A stretch of 64,000 nt of DNA, from assembly GCA_036785375.1 (NCBI GenBank), contig JAWMAR010001256.1, positions 124,001 to 188,000 on the forward strand. Direction: 5' to 3'. Made by a program: the position numbers and the translations under genes. The notes beneath the pieces are model-generated. The model worked only from the letters and a program-made list of their open reading frames with translations, ran no database searches and was not told the origin of the DNA. Shown piece after piece: positions 50,587 to 64,000 of this stretch. Within the stretch, counting starts at the first letter, position 1. The number at the start of each line of letters is the position of its first letter. The stretch comes from Leucoraja ocellata. Taxonomy: Eukaryota.

Positions 50587-52297
50587 AGGGACAGAACCAA
50601 TCATTGGATGATGGGACAGTATTTCAGACCATGAGACCAGTATTCAATCGGAAGAAGAAGCAGATTATTTATACCAAGAGCAGGATTGTTGTAACTTCAG
50701 AAAACCAACAGTGTGAAGGTACTGAGAAAAACCTATGAGTAAAATTGCTCTTCCCTGAGAGCCTACCACCTCCCTGTCCATCGTTAACATATTCACTGTT
50801 CTTGAAGCATGGGGAGGAATGAAAATTATTACCTAGAACAAGCCATAGTGAGTCTGTATTAAAGGGACAAGGCATTGTAGGTATGTGACCTGCACATCTG
50901 TGATACTATAATTCCTGAATATGACCTGAACCCATCTGGTGACATATACCTGCTCAAGGCTAACAAAGCAATGCAACTCAATGTTCCTATCATAACTGGT
51001 TGCAGATGCAGAAATTATGCAAAAAACTAATATTCTACTTCCTTTAACTTCAAATGTTACATGCATACAAAGCCCCATTAATCTCCATTTGATTTTAAAT
51101 ATTACTCATCCCAGCAATCACGGAGGAGGCTTCTTCCACATGTATAGACCAACCCTGTCTTCAGCTAACTTGCAAATTCCGAAGGTTTGCCCTGAAACAC
51201 ACCCATTTTATGATGCAGAAGGCATGCCCCCAACAATATACTGACGCATGTCCCCTTCGCCTTTAATTATACCATTACATTCCTATTTGTCTGTTAATGG
51301 ACTTAACCCTTAACATTAACACGCTCAAAGGCTATTATAGACAAACCTGGGTTTGCCAGGCATGATAAAGGTGGAGTTAAGAGAGGCGTGGCACAGTGGC
51401 TCAGTGGTAGAGTTGCTGCCTTACAGCACTTACAGCGTCAGAGACCCAGGTTCGATCCCGACTATGGGTGTTTGTCTGAATGGAATTTGTACGTTCTCCC
51501 CATGACCTGCATGGGTTTTCTCCGAGAACTTCGGTTTCCTCCCCCATTCCAAAGATGTACAGGTTTGTGGGATAATTGACTTGGTATAAATGTAAGAAAA
51601 TTATAAGATAGTGTTAATGTGCGGGGATCGCTGGTTGGTTTGGAGTCGGTCAGCCGAAGGGCCTGTTTCCGCACTGTATCTCTAAACTAAAAACTAAAAC
51701 TAAACTAAGATGGGTGAGTTGCAATTCTGATTATAGAAAATATCACAGCAATACATCGGGCGAATATTCTTTGGGATGGTCCAGTGAGCCTACACGATGA
51801 CACTTACAATCATTTTTTAACAGATTGATTTCTAGGATGAGATGATTGTGCAAATTTGGAAGAATGCATTACATGCCGATATTTTTTTGCGTTTAGAAGA
51901 ATAAGAGATGGCATTTAAGAGGAAATGATATTAAGAGACTTTCTTCTCTAAATGAATAGTTTTGACTTAGGAGTCAGTCGCAGTATACGTTTGTGGGTCT
52001 TTAGACCGAAGTAAAGAGAAATATCTTCATTTAGAGGATTGCAGGTTTGTAGAATATTCCCCACCAACAGTTCAGTCTTTGAGTATACCCACACTGAGGT
52101 CAATGGACTCAAAAAGAATCAAGAGAAATGGGGGTCAAACAGCAAGGTGGTGATGTTGAGGACAATATCATAATCTTCATTATTTGCCGAGGCTTAAAGG
52201 TTTTATGCATTATTCCTGCTGCTATGTTTTCTTTTCACTTTGAAAAAATGAACAATTGTGTCAAATAGTTTGTTGTCAACATGATCTGCCAAACCCT

Positions 52298-52715
52298 GGG
52301 CGGCACGATGGCGCAGCGGTAGTTACTGCCTCACAGCAACAGAGACCCAGGTTCGATCCTGATTGCGGGTGCCGTCTGTATGGAGTTTGTACATTCTGCC
52401 CGTGACCTACGGGTGCTCCGGTTTCCTCCCACATTCCAAAGACATGCAAGTTTGTAGGTTAATTGGCTTGGTATAATTGTAAATTGTCCCTAGTGTGTGT
52501 AGGAGACTGCCGGCATCACTGACTGACGTATCAGGTCACTGAAAAATTTGCAGGCGGGATGACGCGCGGTGTTTTTTCAAGAGTCGCAACATTTTTTTTG
52601 TCGCCGAAAAAATCGCCAAGTGGGACAGATCCTTTAGTGTGCTGGGATCGCTGGTCGGCGCGGACTAGGTGGACCAAAGGGCTAGTTTCTGCACTGCATA
52701 TCTAAACTAAGCTAA
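52298..52715 (+). mobile_element. V-SINE with a nested DNA-transposon-like (Harbinger-type MITE end) fragment at ~52503-52635
   Basis: SINE interrupted by a CpG-rich segment ending aaaaaatcgccaagtgggacagatccttta. Only one terminus is seen. Confidence 0.55.
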
Positions 52716-54109
52716 AAGTAAACCTGCTGGAGCTTATTCTCCATTTGCAGGCTTCTCATGACTGAGGTTCCAAGTCCTTTGAACAGAACCATTGAGAATG
52801 GCATTTGCAGAGAATGTACAAGAGTAAAAGTGTTGGGAAAGAATCAAAGAATGGCTCAATTGTAATCATGTAATGTCTTTCTGCTGACTGGATAGCATGC
52901 AACAAAAGTTTTTCACTGTACTTCCATATGTGACAATAATAATAAACTAAACTAAGTTGGACTTTGACCATGGAGGCAAGAAACAGACCAGGACTCAAGG
53001 CAGGAGCATTAAAATGAACAGGCACATTCGAGTGGTTGCTAACACAGATGTAAAGGAAACTGCTAACTTTCAGCTATTCAAATAAGTACTTCCTGAAAAA
53101 TGTAACTCCAGCTTAATTCCAAAACAAACTAAGATATCAACGTATCAGTCACTTGGCTCAATTACATGAATAAACATAGAGTCCAGCGGCGGAGCACAAT
53201 CAGGCCGCTTTGCATTACACCAGAGAATTTCTCCCTCTGATCATAAACTGATCTGATGTCGTGTAGGACCTGGTTCCTAATTGATCTGATCCTGAAGATT
53301 AAGATGGTGAAAACTAAAATTTGTTAATTTATATTTTTACTTAATTTAATATGTTTAGATATTTATTCGTGTTTAACTACAATTTAGCTTTTTAGCAATT
53401 TTAGCTCAGTTTAAATTTCTAAGTTTCTATAGACTATGTTAATAATTTTGGGAAATGCATTTATATTGTAGACTTTCACTTTTACAAAAGTTTCACAGAT
53501 TATGGCAGGATTCGAGCCTAGACATGCCTTCTGTCAAAGTTAACTAAATATTCAGGAGGGTGGGGCCTAATGGGAAGCTGCCTGAGGCCCAGTTATGACT
53601 GAGGCCTCACTAATACTTCACCACCCAACTTTAGGGTCAGAAGGTTAAGAACGTAACGATAAACACAACTGTAAAATGGTATTTTGGGAATGGGAACAAG
53701 ACACAGGGTCGAGTCCTGGCACAGTCAAAACAACAATCACATCTTTTTTAAAGATATATTACAATTCTGCTTGTTTGAATTAACAGTGCACAGACTAACA
53801 GTAAAAACACTGATCAATACTGAGCATGTACTTGAAAAAACACTGCTGATTTTGCAAGTCTTCCCACATGGAATTTTGTAATTGAGGTATATGTATCTTA
53901 CCGAGAATATAGACTTTAACTCTAACTGTTTTTCCTTTCCTAAGCAGAGGATCAAGAAACTATAGAACATTAATGACACTCGGCCCAGCGTATCCACGTT
54001 GATAAAAAAAAGACATTTTCAAGTTGATTGTTGTTCTTTATTATATTAATAATTTAGATGTGAATGCTTGTGGCTTGGTTAGTAAAATTAATAAATAGTG
54101 AGTTTGCAA

Positions 54110-54760
54110 ATGATAGTAAAGTAGCAACATAAGTAGACAGGGTGATAAGATGGCATTTGACATGCTAGCCTGCGTTGGTCATGACATTGGGTACAGGAGT
54201 CGGGAGGTCATGTTACAGTTGTACAAGGTGTTGATAAAGCCACATTTGGACTACGATGTACAATTCTGGTCTCCCTGCTATACGAAGGATGGCATTAAAC
54301 TGGAAAGGGGCCTAAAGAGATTTGAGGATGTTACTGAGTCTGGAAGGTTTAAGTTGTAAGGAGAGACTGACTGTGTAGGTTGAGTTTTTTCTCACTCGAG
54401 TGCAGGAAGCCGAGGAATGCACTTATAGAGTGATATAAAATCCCGAGGGCATAGATAAGGTGAATAAATACAATCAATTTTCCAAGGGTAGGAAATTCTA
54501 AAATGAGAGGGCATAGGTTTAAGGGAACAGGGGAACGATTGAAAAGGTACCTGAGGGGTAACTTTTTCCACACACATGGTGGTACGTATATGGAGTTACC
54601 AGTTAGAGGAAGTGGTAGAAGTGGGTAAAATTATGACATTTAAGATACACTTGAACCGATACATGGATAGGAAAGGTTTGAGGTATATGTGCCAATTTCA
54701 CTTGGACAGTATGGACATAATGGGCCGAAGAGCCCGTTTCCCCCAGGCTGCATGACTGTG
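54110..54760 (+). mobile_element. Degraded CR1 LINE 3' region
   Basis: IGYRSREVMLQLYKVLIKPHLDYDVQFWSP motif in ORF 54150-54359, followed by a CR1-type 3' tail. Confidence 0.8.
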
Positions 54761-57700
54761 ACGGTTATGATGACGATTACATCAAACGGCAACTCTGGAA
54801 CTGAACTAACAAACAAACTGTCAATGAATGGATTTATTCTACACAGTTTTAGAGAAAACTCAACAAGAATTCACTCGTCCATTCACCGGATAGGAAATGC
54901 CACAGAGTATGATGCATAGAATGACGTAGTATAGGAGGCTACTTCTCCTGCTTGTGCCTGAGTTTCCCACAGCTCTGTAAAACAAAATCTCCTTTAAGGG
55001 ACATGGGGATTAGAGTTAGTAATGCAAATAAGTAGGATCTTTGCAGGTTACTCTGGAGTCCATACTTAAAGCTGGTGGGAAGACATACATTTCATTGAGA
55101 TTAAGCTAGATTAATTCTGACGACAAAAACTAGAAATTAATTCCACTTTAACTAATCAATTATAAAATTATAGTTCACTTTTAATACTATATGCATATGC
55201 CAGTTCTATGGCTATGTTCATTGTGTCAGGTGTCAGAGGTTATGGGGAGAAGGCAGGAGAATGGGGTTAGGAGGGAGAGATAGATCAGCCATGATTGAAT
55301 GGTGGAGTAAACTTGTGGCCTAATTCTACTCCTATCACTTATGACCCTATGGCATTGCATTCTAAACCTAGAAGTGAATGCATTCTTGCATCAAACTCCT
55401 GTGTAGTACTTTGTTTTTAACACATGATCCTGACATGCAAGATTAAAGTTCCTTTCTTATTTAATGTTAGCTACACATGTGGTAAGATCTGTCTTTTAGA
55501 TATATTTTAGATATATTACACCACTTTAGAGGCCCATAAACTATATAAAACAAAGGATTTTGAAACATAGAATGACACAGTATAGGAGTCTATTCAGCTG
55601 ATTGAGCCTGTATGGGCATACTTCGCTTGTCAATAAATAATGTTTTTCCCCCACAGCTCCCTACAACAACATCTCCTTCGACTGAGATAAGCACAAAGTG
55701 TTGGAGTAACTCAGCGTGTCAGGCAACATCTCTGGAGAAATGGAATAGGGGACGTTTCGGGTCGAGACCCTTCTTCCGGCCCACCTATTCCTTTTCTCCA
55801 GAGATGCTGTCTGACACCAGCTGAGTTGCTCCAGCTTCTTGTGTCTATCTTCAGTTTAAACCAGCCAAGCATCCGTAGTCAGAATCGAACACGGATCTCT
55901 GGCGTTGTACGGCAGCAGCCACCGTGCCGCCCATGTATTGGGTAATTGATGGTGTGCATTATTATGAACATACTTATCAACTTCACACTATGTAAGCACC
56001 ATGATGAATGTAACCTAATAAATGACTGACATTGACAATGATATATTGCTTAATGGTAGAAACTGCACTGTTAGCAGGATATTACCTCTAATTATTTTAA
56101 TTTAAGAAATACATCCTTTCAATCAATCATCATGCATTCCTCGTCTTGCAGCCTGCACCACTCTGCACAGCTGCAATAACAACATCAGGCTCTTTCCCAG
56201 GACCCCATGATCTATATTGTCAAATTGTTGTGTGACATTTGTATTGTGAAATAAATCAACAGAAAATTTAACACTATGAGGATTATTCCGGACTGGCTAA
56301 CTTGAACTTCTAATAGGTATTAAAGATTCTGTGAACTTTTATACATGCTCCAGCTGCTTTCCATGATAGCTTGGCAAGTTTCCACCTTTAGCCAACTTGT
56401 TCTTCAGAAGGTAGACTAAAAGCTGGAGAAACTCAGCGGGTGAGGCAGCATCTATGTAGCGAAGGAATAGGTGACGTTTCGGGTCGAGACCCTTCTGGTA
56501 TTAGTGACCTTTGCTGATCAAGCATGGTTATGAAAGTGCAAACGTAACTGGTAATAAGGGGCTGTGCAGTCAATTGCTGATGAATTATTAAAAATAAATT
56601 TCTGTCTTAGCTCAGAATAGCATTCCCATCCCATTAGCTAAGTGATTCATGATTTCAGCCATGTTGCAGAGACTTGACCATCCAATGTAGGCTGACATTT
56701 TAAAGCAATATTGAGAAAGGTTAGTTCAATTTTCATATTAAAATGAGACTGCAACTATCCTCTCGATGGGCATAAATATACTATACCATTGGTCTACATT
56801 AAAAATGCCAGTCCAAGCTCAACATTTCAAAATACATCATGAGAAGAAATGATCTCAGATATTTGGTTCATTGCTGTTTGTTGTATCTTGCAATACACTG
56901 CTCCTGTACATTTCCAGAGCCAAACACCATGAAGCACTTTGAGACATCCTATGGTTTTCGAAGATGATATATTCATGCAAGTTATTTTCATTATTTCACA
57001 GCACTAACTGATAAATTTGCAATATGAACCAAAACATTGCAGTCACCATTTTACCAAGCAGATAGCTTGAGCAGTGAAAGCAATCTGTTTGGGATTACAA
57101 GACATACTATTATTACCACCAAACAATTAACATAGAAAATAGGTGCAGGAGGAGGCCATTTGGCCCTTCATGCCTGCACCACATTCATATAGCAATCATT
57201 CTGTCTTCAGTATGAAGCAGGTGTGATTTAGGCAAGTCTGCACAAGATATGAACTTTACTGTAATTTGAAAAAATTAATGAAAGGGTGCATAGTCTGTAA
57301 GTACACAGTGAATTGATAATTCCCTTTCAAAGTATACTGGCATGCCAGCCTGTGCAACCTAAGAACATAATTTCATTGAAATGTTATATGTTGGTCCGTG
57401 AATCTAAATTGGGGAAGTTAGATTGGTTTTTACTTGTTTTCTCCTTTAACCTTAAACTCCAAAGCAATCCAACAAATTATTCACAGTGGATAAAAGATTT
57501 GATTCTAGACAATAGAAATTAAAATGAAGAAGTTAGAAACAAGAAGAAATTCAGGGTAAATATACGCACAACCAATAGTTTTGTTGGCATAATACTCCAA
57601 TATGTACACATTCTACATATTCAGTGCACTGATACATCAGGACAAATTCAAGTTGCTATATTAGCATTTCACACTCATTCTGAATTCATTTTGCATTATC

Positions 57701-60149
57701 TTTCTTAATCTATCAAAAATTGTAATTTTCATTTTACCAATTAATCTTGCAAGTTTCATTGTTTTTCCCCTGCCCTTTACTATCCTCAGCCAAGAGAACA
57801 TACAATATAGATGGGCCACAAGTTGAATTCGCAGCTGAGTCTAAAATATCACATCAGCAGCAAAGTATAAGGAAATTGAATATTCATTTCATTACAAAAG
57901 AAGATTTTTCGGTCGATGGTTGTTTTTCACTCTTATCACAAACTTTCAGTTGCTGACCAGCCCAGAAATCACAGTTGAAGTGTTCCCACACTAGCAGTGC
58001 TGTTTTCTTACGACTACAATGCTTAAGAGATGCAGTCATTTCCTGACTGTGCTCCATTGTTGCAACCAAATGCTCACACTGGACTAGGCGATGCCATCCA
58101 CAAAAATAAGCAAGGTTTAGAACTCACTATGAGGGATGATCAGTCTATATGTTAGCATATTGAACAGTACCAGGACCTGTCAATGAATATATTACTAATT
58201 ATACAGATTACTTTCCATCAAAATCTTCTCGCAATCTCAATAAAACATTAAGGTGCCATTCTAATTCACCGGCAGCTCAAAGAAGAACAAATTGAAATAG
58301 ACTAATGGAGTTTTATTCTAAATTGATTTGTATTAACAATAAGACCATATGTTATGTGCCAGTCTCTGCAGGGTCAGGGCCATTGTTCTGTATTAATTGT
58401 AGAACAACACTATTCATAAATGTTTTCTGTGTAAATTATAGAAATTACTTGAGGCTTCAAGAATACACACAAATAATATTAGCTCCACACTGTAAAATAT
58501 ATATTTCTGGTAATATATTTGCTTTAGGTTCACTAAGAAAGATCTAATTAGATTGTGTACAACATTTTAGATAAATGGCAACAAAATTTAATGAAATATT
58601 TTAATAATTTTACTGTTTAAAAAAATTATACTATTTGGTATAGAGACATATTGATAGGGTGGTTTATTGATTGTATCTTTTCCTTTATTGGAATTCTATT
58701 TAAAATGAATGAAAAAAAAAATATTCTCATAAAATCAAACACTCTTTGTTATTACTGTTCGTTTATAAATAGAAGAATTGAGAATATGCAGAGGCTTTTA
58801 AAAAATGCTAAAATCTGATATCATAAAGAATTTGGTGAAAGACAAGTAAAAACAGGTAGGAAGTCAGAAAAATCAAAGGAACTGTGAAATGTAAGCTTGT
58901 AGTCAGTTACTTGCAATGGAGATAAACTGCAATAGAACCATCCTGTCAACAACTAGAGAGCAGTCCTGAGCTACTATCTACCTCACTGGAGACCCTCATG
59001 TTATCTTTAAATTGGACTTCACTGGACGTTATCTTACGCTGAACGCTATTCCCTTTATCATGCATCTCTACATTGTGGATGGCTCAATTGTAATCATGTA
59101 TAGTCTTTCCGTTGACTGGTTAGCACGCACAAAAGCTTTTAACTGCATCTCAGTACACATGACAATAAACTAACTAATCTAAATTAATCTAAGCTTGTAC
59201 AAGTATAGTTTAAATGTGACCTAAATCAGCATTTGGATTTCGAGAGGCTGTCTCATATTTTTCTTTTTCTCAAACAATTGCACCAAGGCATCCAATCTGC
59301 AATTCAAGTTCAGTCTTGGTATTAAATAGTTCAAGAGATTACAAAGTACAATTAATCCAAACTATTTGGTGCAATGTCAGCACCATTGAGCCGAAGATGC
59401 CATAGAAACACAAGCATCTGTGAATGCTGGTTTACAATAAGAGACTCAAAGTGCAGGAGTAACTTTACGGGTCAGGTAGCATCTCTGGAAGACATGGATC
59501 AACGTCATTTTGGGTTGGGACCCTTCTTCAGACTCATTGTAGTAAGGGAGAGAAAGTTGCTAAATAGGTGGGGTGGAATAAACACCTGGCAAGTAATAGG
59601 AGAATACAGGTATTTGGCTCCAGGCATCAGTCAAGATCCCAAATTCAATTCCTGCAACCACCCCACGTACTCCATTCAAAGAACCCTTATGACTGAAATC
59701 AATGTTGATGAATCTAATCTGGGAAAGGTTGAACAATAAATCCCCATGAGAGAGAGAGAGAGGGTCTCAGTGGTTTTCTAATACTGCATTATTTTAATAA
59801 AACCGAAAATGATGGATTTACTCAGTAAGTCAGGCAGCATCTCTGGAACCAATATCAACATTTCAGATCGATGATCTTTTAGTAGCACTGGAGAAAATGA
59901 GGGGAAAAAAAGTGAGTTCTAAGTTGCAGAGCAGAGAAGACATGGAGAAAACAAAGGGGGTGTCTATAATAGGGTGGAGATCAAGGTTGCCCAGGTGATA
60001 CAGACACTGTTGATGCCACCAAAAGAGAAATTAATGAATGTTTATTAATCATCGTTGATCTGTCTGGAAAGAGAAAGATGAAAGAAAGACAATGGAAAGA
60101 AAGTAAAGGAATAATTGAACTTTGAAATGCAAACACAGCAGTTGATGGG

Positions 60150-60845
60150 AATCTGAAATAAAAGAGAATGCTAGAAATACTCAGCAAATCAGGTACCACT
60201 GCAGAAAGAGAGAAACTAAGTTAATGTAACAAGCGGATGCACTAGTGAAAAAACTGGCTAGTGATGAATAAACAGGAAAAGCTGGTTATCTAAAATTGAT
60301 GAATTTGTTATTAAGTCACAAGAGCTGCATTATGCCTAGACAAAAGATGAGACACTGTCCCTTGAACTTAAGTTCAGCTTCACTGAACATGTAGAAGAGC
60401 AAGACAGAGAGGTCAATGTTAGTTTTGGAGAGAGAATTAAAATGACAGGCAACTGGAACCTTGTAAACTGATTGGATGTGTTCTGCAAAGTGATCACCCA
60501 ATAGAGGATTATAACCCAGAGGTATGAATATTAATTTCTCTAACTTCAAGTAACCCTTGAATTCCCTCTCTCCCCATCCCACTCCCCTTGTTGAGTCTCA
60601 TTGTCTGTACTCATTCTCACCTAACACACAACTAACAATGGCCCCTTTCCTTTATTATCATTACTTTTTTGCATATCTTTCATTCATTTGTTCTATTTCT
60701 CTCTATATTACCATCTATATCTATCGTTTCACTTTCCCCCATTACTTCTCAGTCTGAAGAAGGGTCTCGACCCAAAACGTCACCTATTCCTTTTCTCCAG
60801 AGATGCTGTCTGACCCACTGAATTATTCCAGACTCTTGTGTCGAT
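60150..60845. mobile_element. Two back-to-back Penelope-like 3' fragments
   Basis: Minus ORF 60316-60582 LGDHFAEH..PVACHFNS..LSVL (GIY-YIG region); plus strand ggtatgaatattaatttctctaacttcaagtaa followed by the terminal repeat. Confidence 0.65.
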
Positions 60846-63800
60846 CATAGGCTTCACCTCTTCAACATCAAAGAAACCGCATGGTGAGCAATGAACAATG
60901 AACAAAGTACCCTAAAACTGGAAGAAACCCAAATGAACTGCTTCTTCAGCTTGAGGGACCTTTTGGGACCCTGGATCTTGAAAGAGATGAAGAGACCCAG
61001 TCGATGCACCTACAGTTGCATGAGAAAGTGAAGAGAAATGGGATTAGTTGGATGAGATGGAAGAACAAACCTGACAGTCGTGGAGGGAAACATCCCTGTT
61101 CAATGCTGAGTGGAGAGAAGCAGTGCAGATTGATATTATAGTAGGCCCCCCTCGGTCATGACAGACCATGCATCCTAGTTTGGAGGTGATGTGTGGTCGG
61201 ATGCAAGCCTGGGCGATGTCATATGGAGGACAGTCTGTTGCCCATGCAGCACGTCCCCCCTCTCCACGTCGCTGATTGATCCAAAGGAACAGCAGGGCCA
61301 TTACAGTTTGTCACCAGCGCCGTCGCAGGAGACTCAAGGGGGCGGGAGCGACTACCTTCCAGTGCAAGTCTATAGCACCTGCCCACATATAACCATCTGA
61401 GAAAATAGTGTTGCGACTGTTTGCTGCTGAAATCAATCGGATATAATCTATAAACATTACTGATTAGTTGAGATTATTGTTGTCTCGACCTGAAATGTCA
61501 CCCATTCCTTCTCTCCAGAGATGCTGCCTGTCTCGCTGATTTACTCCAGCATTTTGTGTCTATCTGCAGATTTCAACCATCCATTCATCACATATCAACA
61601 TGCTAACCTCAGCTGAATTGGTTGAAAGGAAGAGCACATGACACTTTTCCCATCGGGAAGTTTAAATCGCTGGGAAAAAGAGGGAAGAAATGGGCTCTAG
61701 ATCCAATAATTTGATTCCACTTTTTTTTTGCAATTTAGGGAGAATACCATTCTAACCAAAAAAATTTGAAACAATTTGGAGTAGAATTAAGCCGTAATGG
61801 GCCACATGTCACTTAAATCTGTTCTGAATGGTTAAATGTGTGTTTTGGAATTTACTCCGCTAAATTTGTTTGTCCAGATTAGGCTGTAAAATATCAAGAT
61901 TTGAACTATTAAAATGTGTTTGCCACAATATGTACAATAAATGTGTGTATCAGGGGGTTTAAGACTATCTTTGATCGAACTTTACTGGCTTTACCTTGCA
62001 CTAAACGTTATTCCCTGATCATGTACCTATGCACTGTAAATGTCTTGAATGTAATCATGTGTTGTCTTCCCGCTGACTGGATAGCACGCAACAAAAGCTT
62101 TTCACTGTACCTCAGAACAGGTGACAACAAACTAAACTAACTGTAGAGTTAAATTACATTTGTTCTTTAAGTTTTGTCAGAATTTGTAACTATTTCCTCT
62201 GTTTGTGCACCTTGTACAGACACTGCGTGACAATAGTTTATTTCAGCAACAACTAAGAGTTCAATAATGTAGCAATAAGCATGTGTGAACATGTGTGTAG
62301 GTAGCTTTGCATGCTGTGTCATTGAAGTGATGGCTGAGTAAATTCTAAGTCACTTGTGTACTTTGGCCAAAGACTTTGCATTGGCAAGCATTTAGATACT
62401 GTATAACTACTTAAACAAAAATAAAAACAGAAAATATTTCAAAACATTTGGCAGATCAAGCAATACGTGTCAATTTTATTAACTGTTTCCTTCTCTGAAA
62501 ATTTTGCTAGACCTTATCTTTATCAACGTTTTGTATTTACTTCAAATTACCTGGAACAACTGCTTTTGGATTTAAAGTTATAGAGTCCAAATACTCTACA
62601 GTACAGAAATACTCTTCTGCCTGCCAAATTTACATTCTGGGCTAAAGTAAGAGGGGGGAAATTTAAAGGGAAAGGGACAACATTGTCACAAGAGGCTGGT
62701 GGGGATGTAGAATGGGTTAGCAGAGGAAGTTTTTAAAGGGAGGTACAATTATGACTTTTAAAATACACTTGGATAGGTACATGGATAGGAAAGGTTTTGG
62801 GGGATATGGCTAAACACAGACAAAGGGAACTAGCTCAGATAGATATCATGTGTTTAAGAAGGAACTGCAGATGCTGTAAAATCGAAGGTATGCAAAAATG
62901 CTGGAGAAACTCAGCGGGTGCAGCAGCATCTATGGAGCGAAGGAAATAGGCAATGTTTCGAGCCGAAACGTTGCCTATTTCCTTTGCTCCATAGATGCTG
63001 CTGCACCCGCTGAGTTTCTCCAGCAGATAGATATCATGGTTGATAAGGATGAGTTGGGCTGAAGGAACCTATTTCCGTGTCCTAACCCCATATGAAAATT
63101 GTTTCCATTAAAGGAAGTTAATTCTATCTCAAATGAACAGCTGGGTTTTTGCGTTTATTGTGAGTATAGTAGATCCAAGTAGATCAACTCAATTTGAAAA
63201 AAAAGTTAAAATGTAGAAACCGAAGACATTGGTTTGTTTAACGTAAAATAACAAAGCTTATTTAAACTCTCACCACAGATGATGATCAAAAACTCTTGAC
63301 TCTCGAGACTTCTAAAGTGTTTTAAAGAAAATGTATGCTGACAAATGCATAAAATTCACTATTATGATTGGAAATGGAATTGGTTTATTGTTTGGTGACA
63401 ATCTGAACATTAAAAAATAGACTGTTAATAGTATTCGTAACTTTCTTAAAGCACCGAGAAACATCAGTAACTAGATTATGTGCGGTTAAGATTTTAAAAA
63501 GTACCTCCACGCTTTTTCACGTCACCCTGGTGACCAAGTGCCACCACCGTGTGATATTTACTACCTGTCTATATTTATACGGCATTCGGGAGTCTTGGTA
63601 CTTCGGGTGACTTTTGTCCAGTCCATGATCTGTTACTGAATGAATTCCAAATTTGGAGTTTGTTCATTCCTTCTTGAACTGTTACATCTCTCAGTTTTCT
63701 CTGCCTCTCTCCCCTCCTAGTTCTAATCATTATTTTTAATAAGAGCCTTCCTCCACTTGTATAGGAAGGAACTGCAGATGCTGGTTTACACCGAAGATAG

Positions 63801-64000
63801 ACACAAAAAGCTTGACTAACTCATCGGGACAGGCAGCATCTCTGGAGAGAAACATAGAAATTAGGTGCAGGAGTAGGCCATTCGGCCCTTCGAGCCTGCA
63901 CCGCCATTCAATATGATCATGGCTGATCATCCAACTCAGTATCCCGTACCTGCCTTCTCTCCATACCCTCTGATCCCCTTGGCCACAAGGGCCACATCTA

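Noticed and set aside
57884-58069. BED-finger-like VWEHF in a short minus-strand ORF
   Set aside because: Cys/His spacing is incomplete and there is no supporting transposase sequence.
61141-61380. GC-rich segment resembling an RTE-type LINE 5' region
   Set aside because: Only a vague resemblance, with no ORF, TSD or second copy in the window to support a call.

Overview
Eukaryotic, repeat-rich vertebrate DNA, almost certainly a cartilaginous fish (skate/ray type). The evidence is its HE1/V-SINE-type tRNA SINEs and its CR1, Rex1/Babar and Penelope repeats. Most ORF-track entries are repeat noise. The real genes are two tandem + strand copies of an ICAM/VCAM-family Ig-superfamily adhesion gene. 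Copy A shows only its last Ig exon (825-1109) and TM/cytoplasmic exon (3630-3907). Copy B has Ig1 22331-22606, Ig2 24107-24421, Ig3 27620-27904 and TM/cyto 31082-31317, all joined in phase 1, and no leader exon was found. Window 1-9867 is duplicated at 26790-39367 with copy-specific TE insertions, and every coding substitution I see between the copies changes the protein. Between the copies lie a young Nimb/I-group LINE with a 13-bp TSD, Ingi/Vingi-like fragments, a 209-N gap, and a Helitron-like segment (TC...CTAG). That segment carries tandem Ser/Thr-rich mucin-like phase-1 exons just upstream of Ig1. The most abundant short repeat derives from Penelope termini, and its consensus matches a minimal hammerhead ribozyme core. 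The 40-64 kb region is mostly repeats plus unique sequence with only weak exon candidates. Repeat family names come from motif recognition, not database searches.
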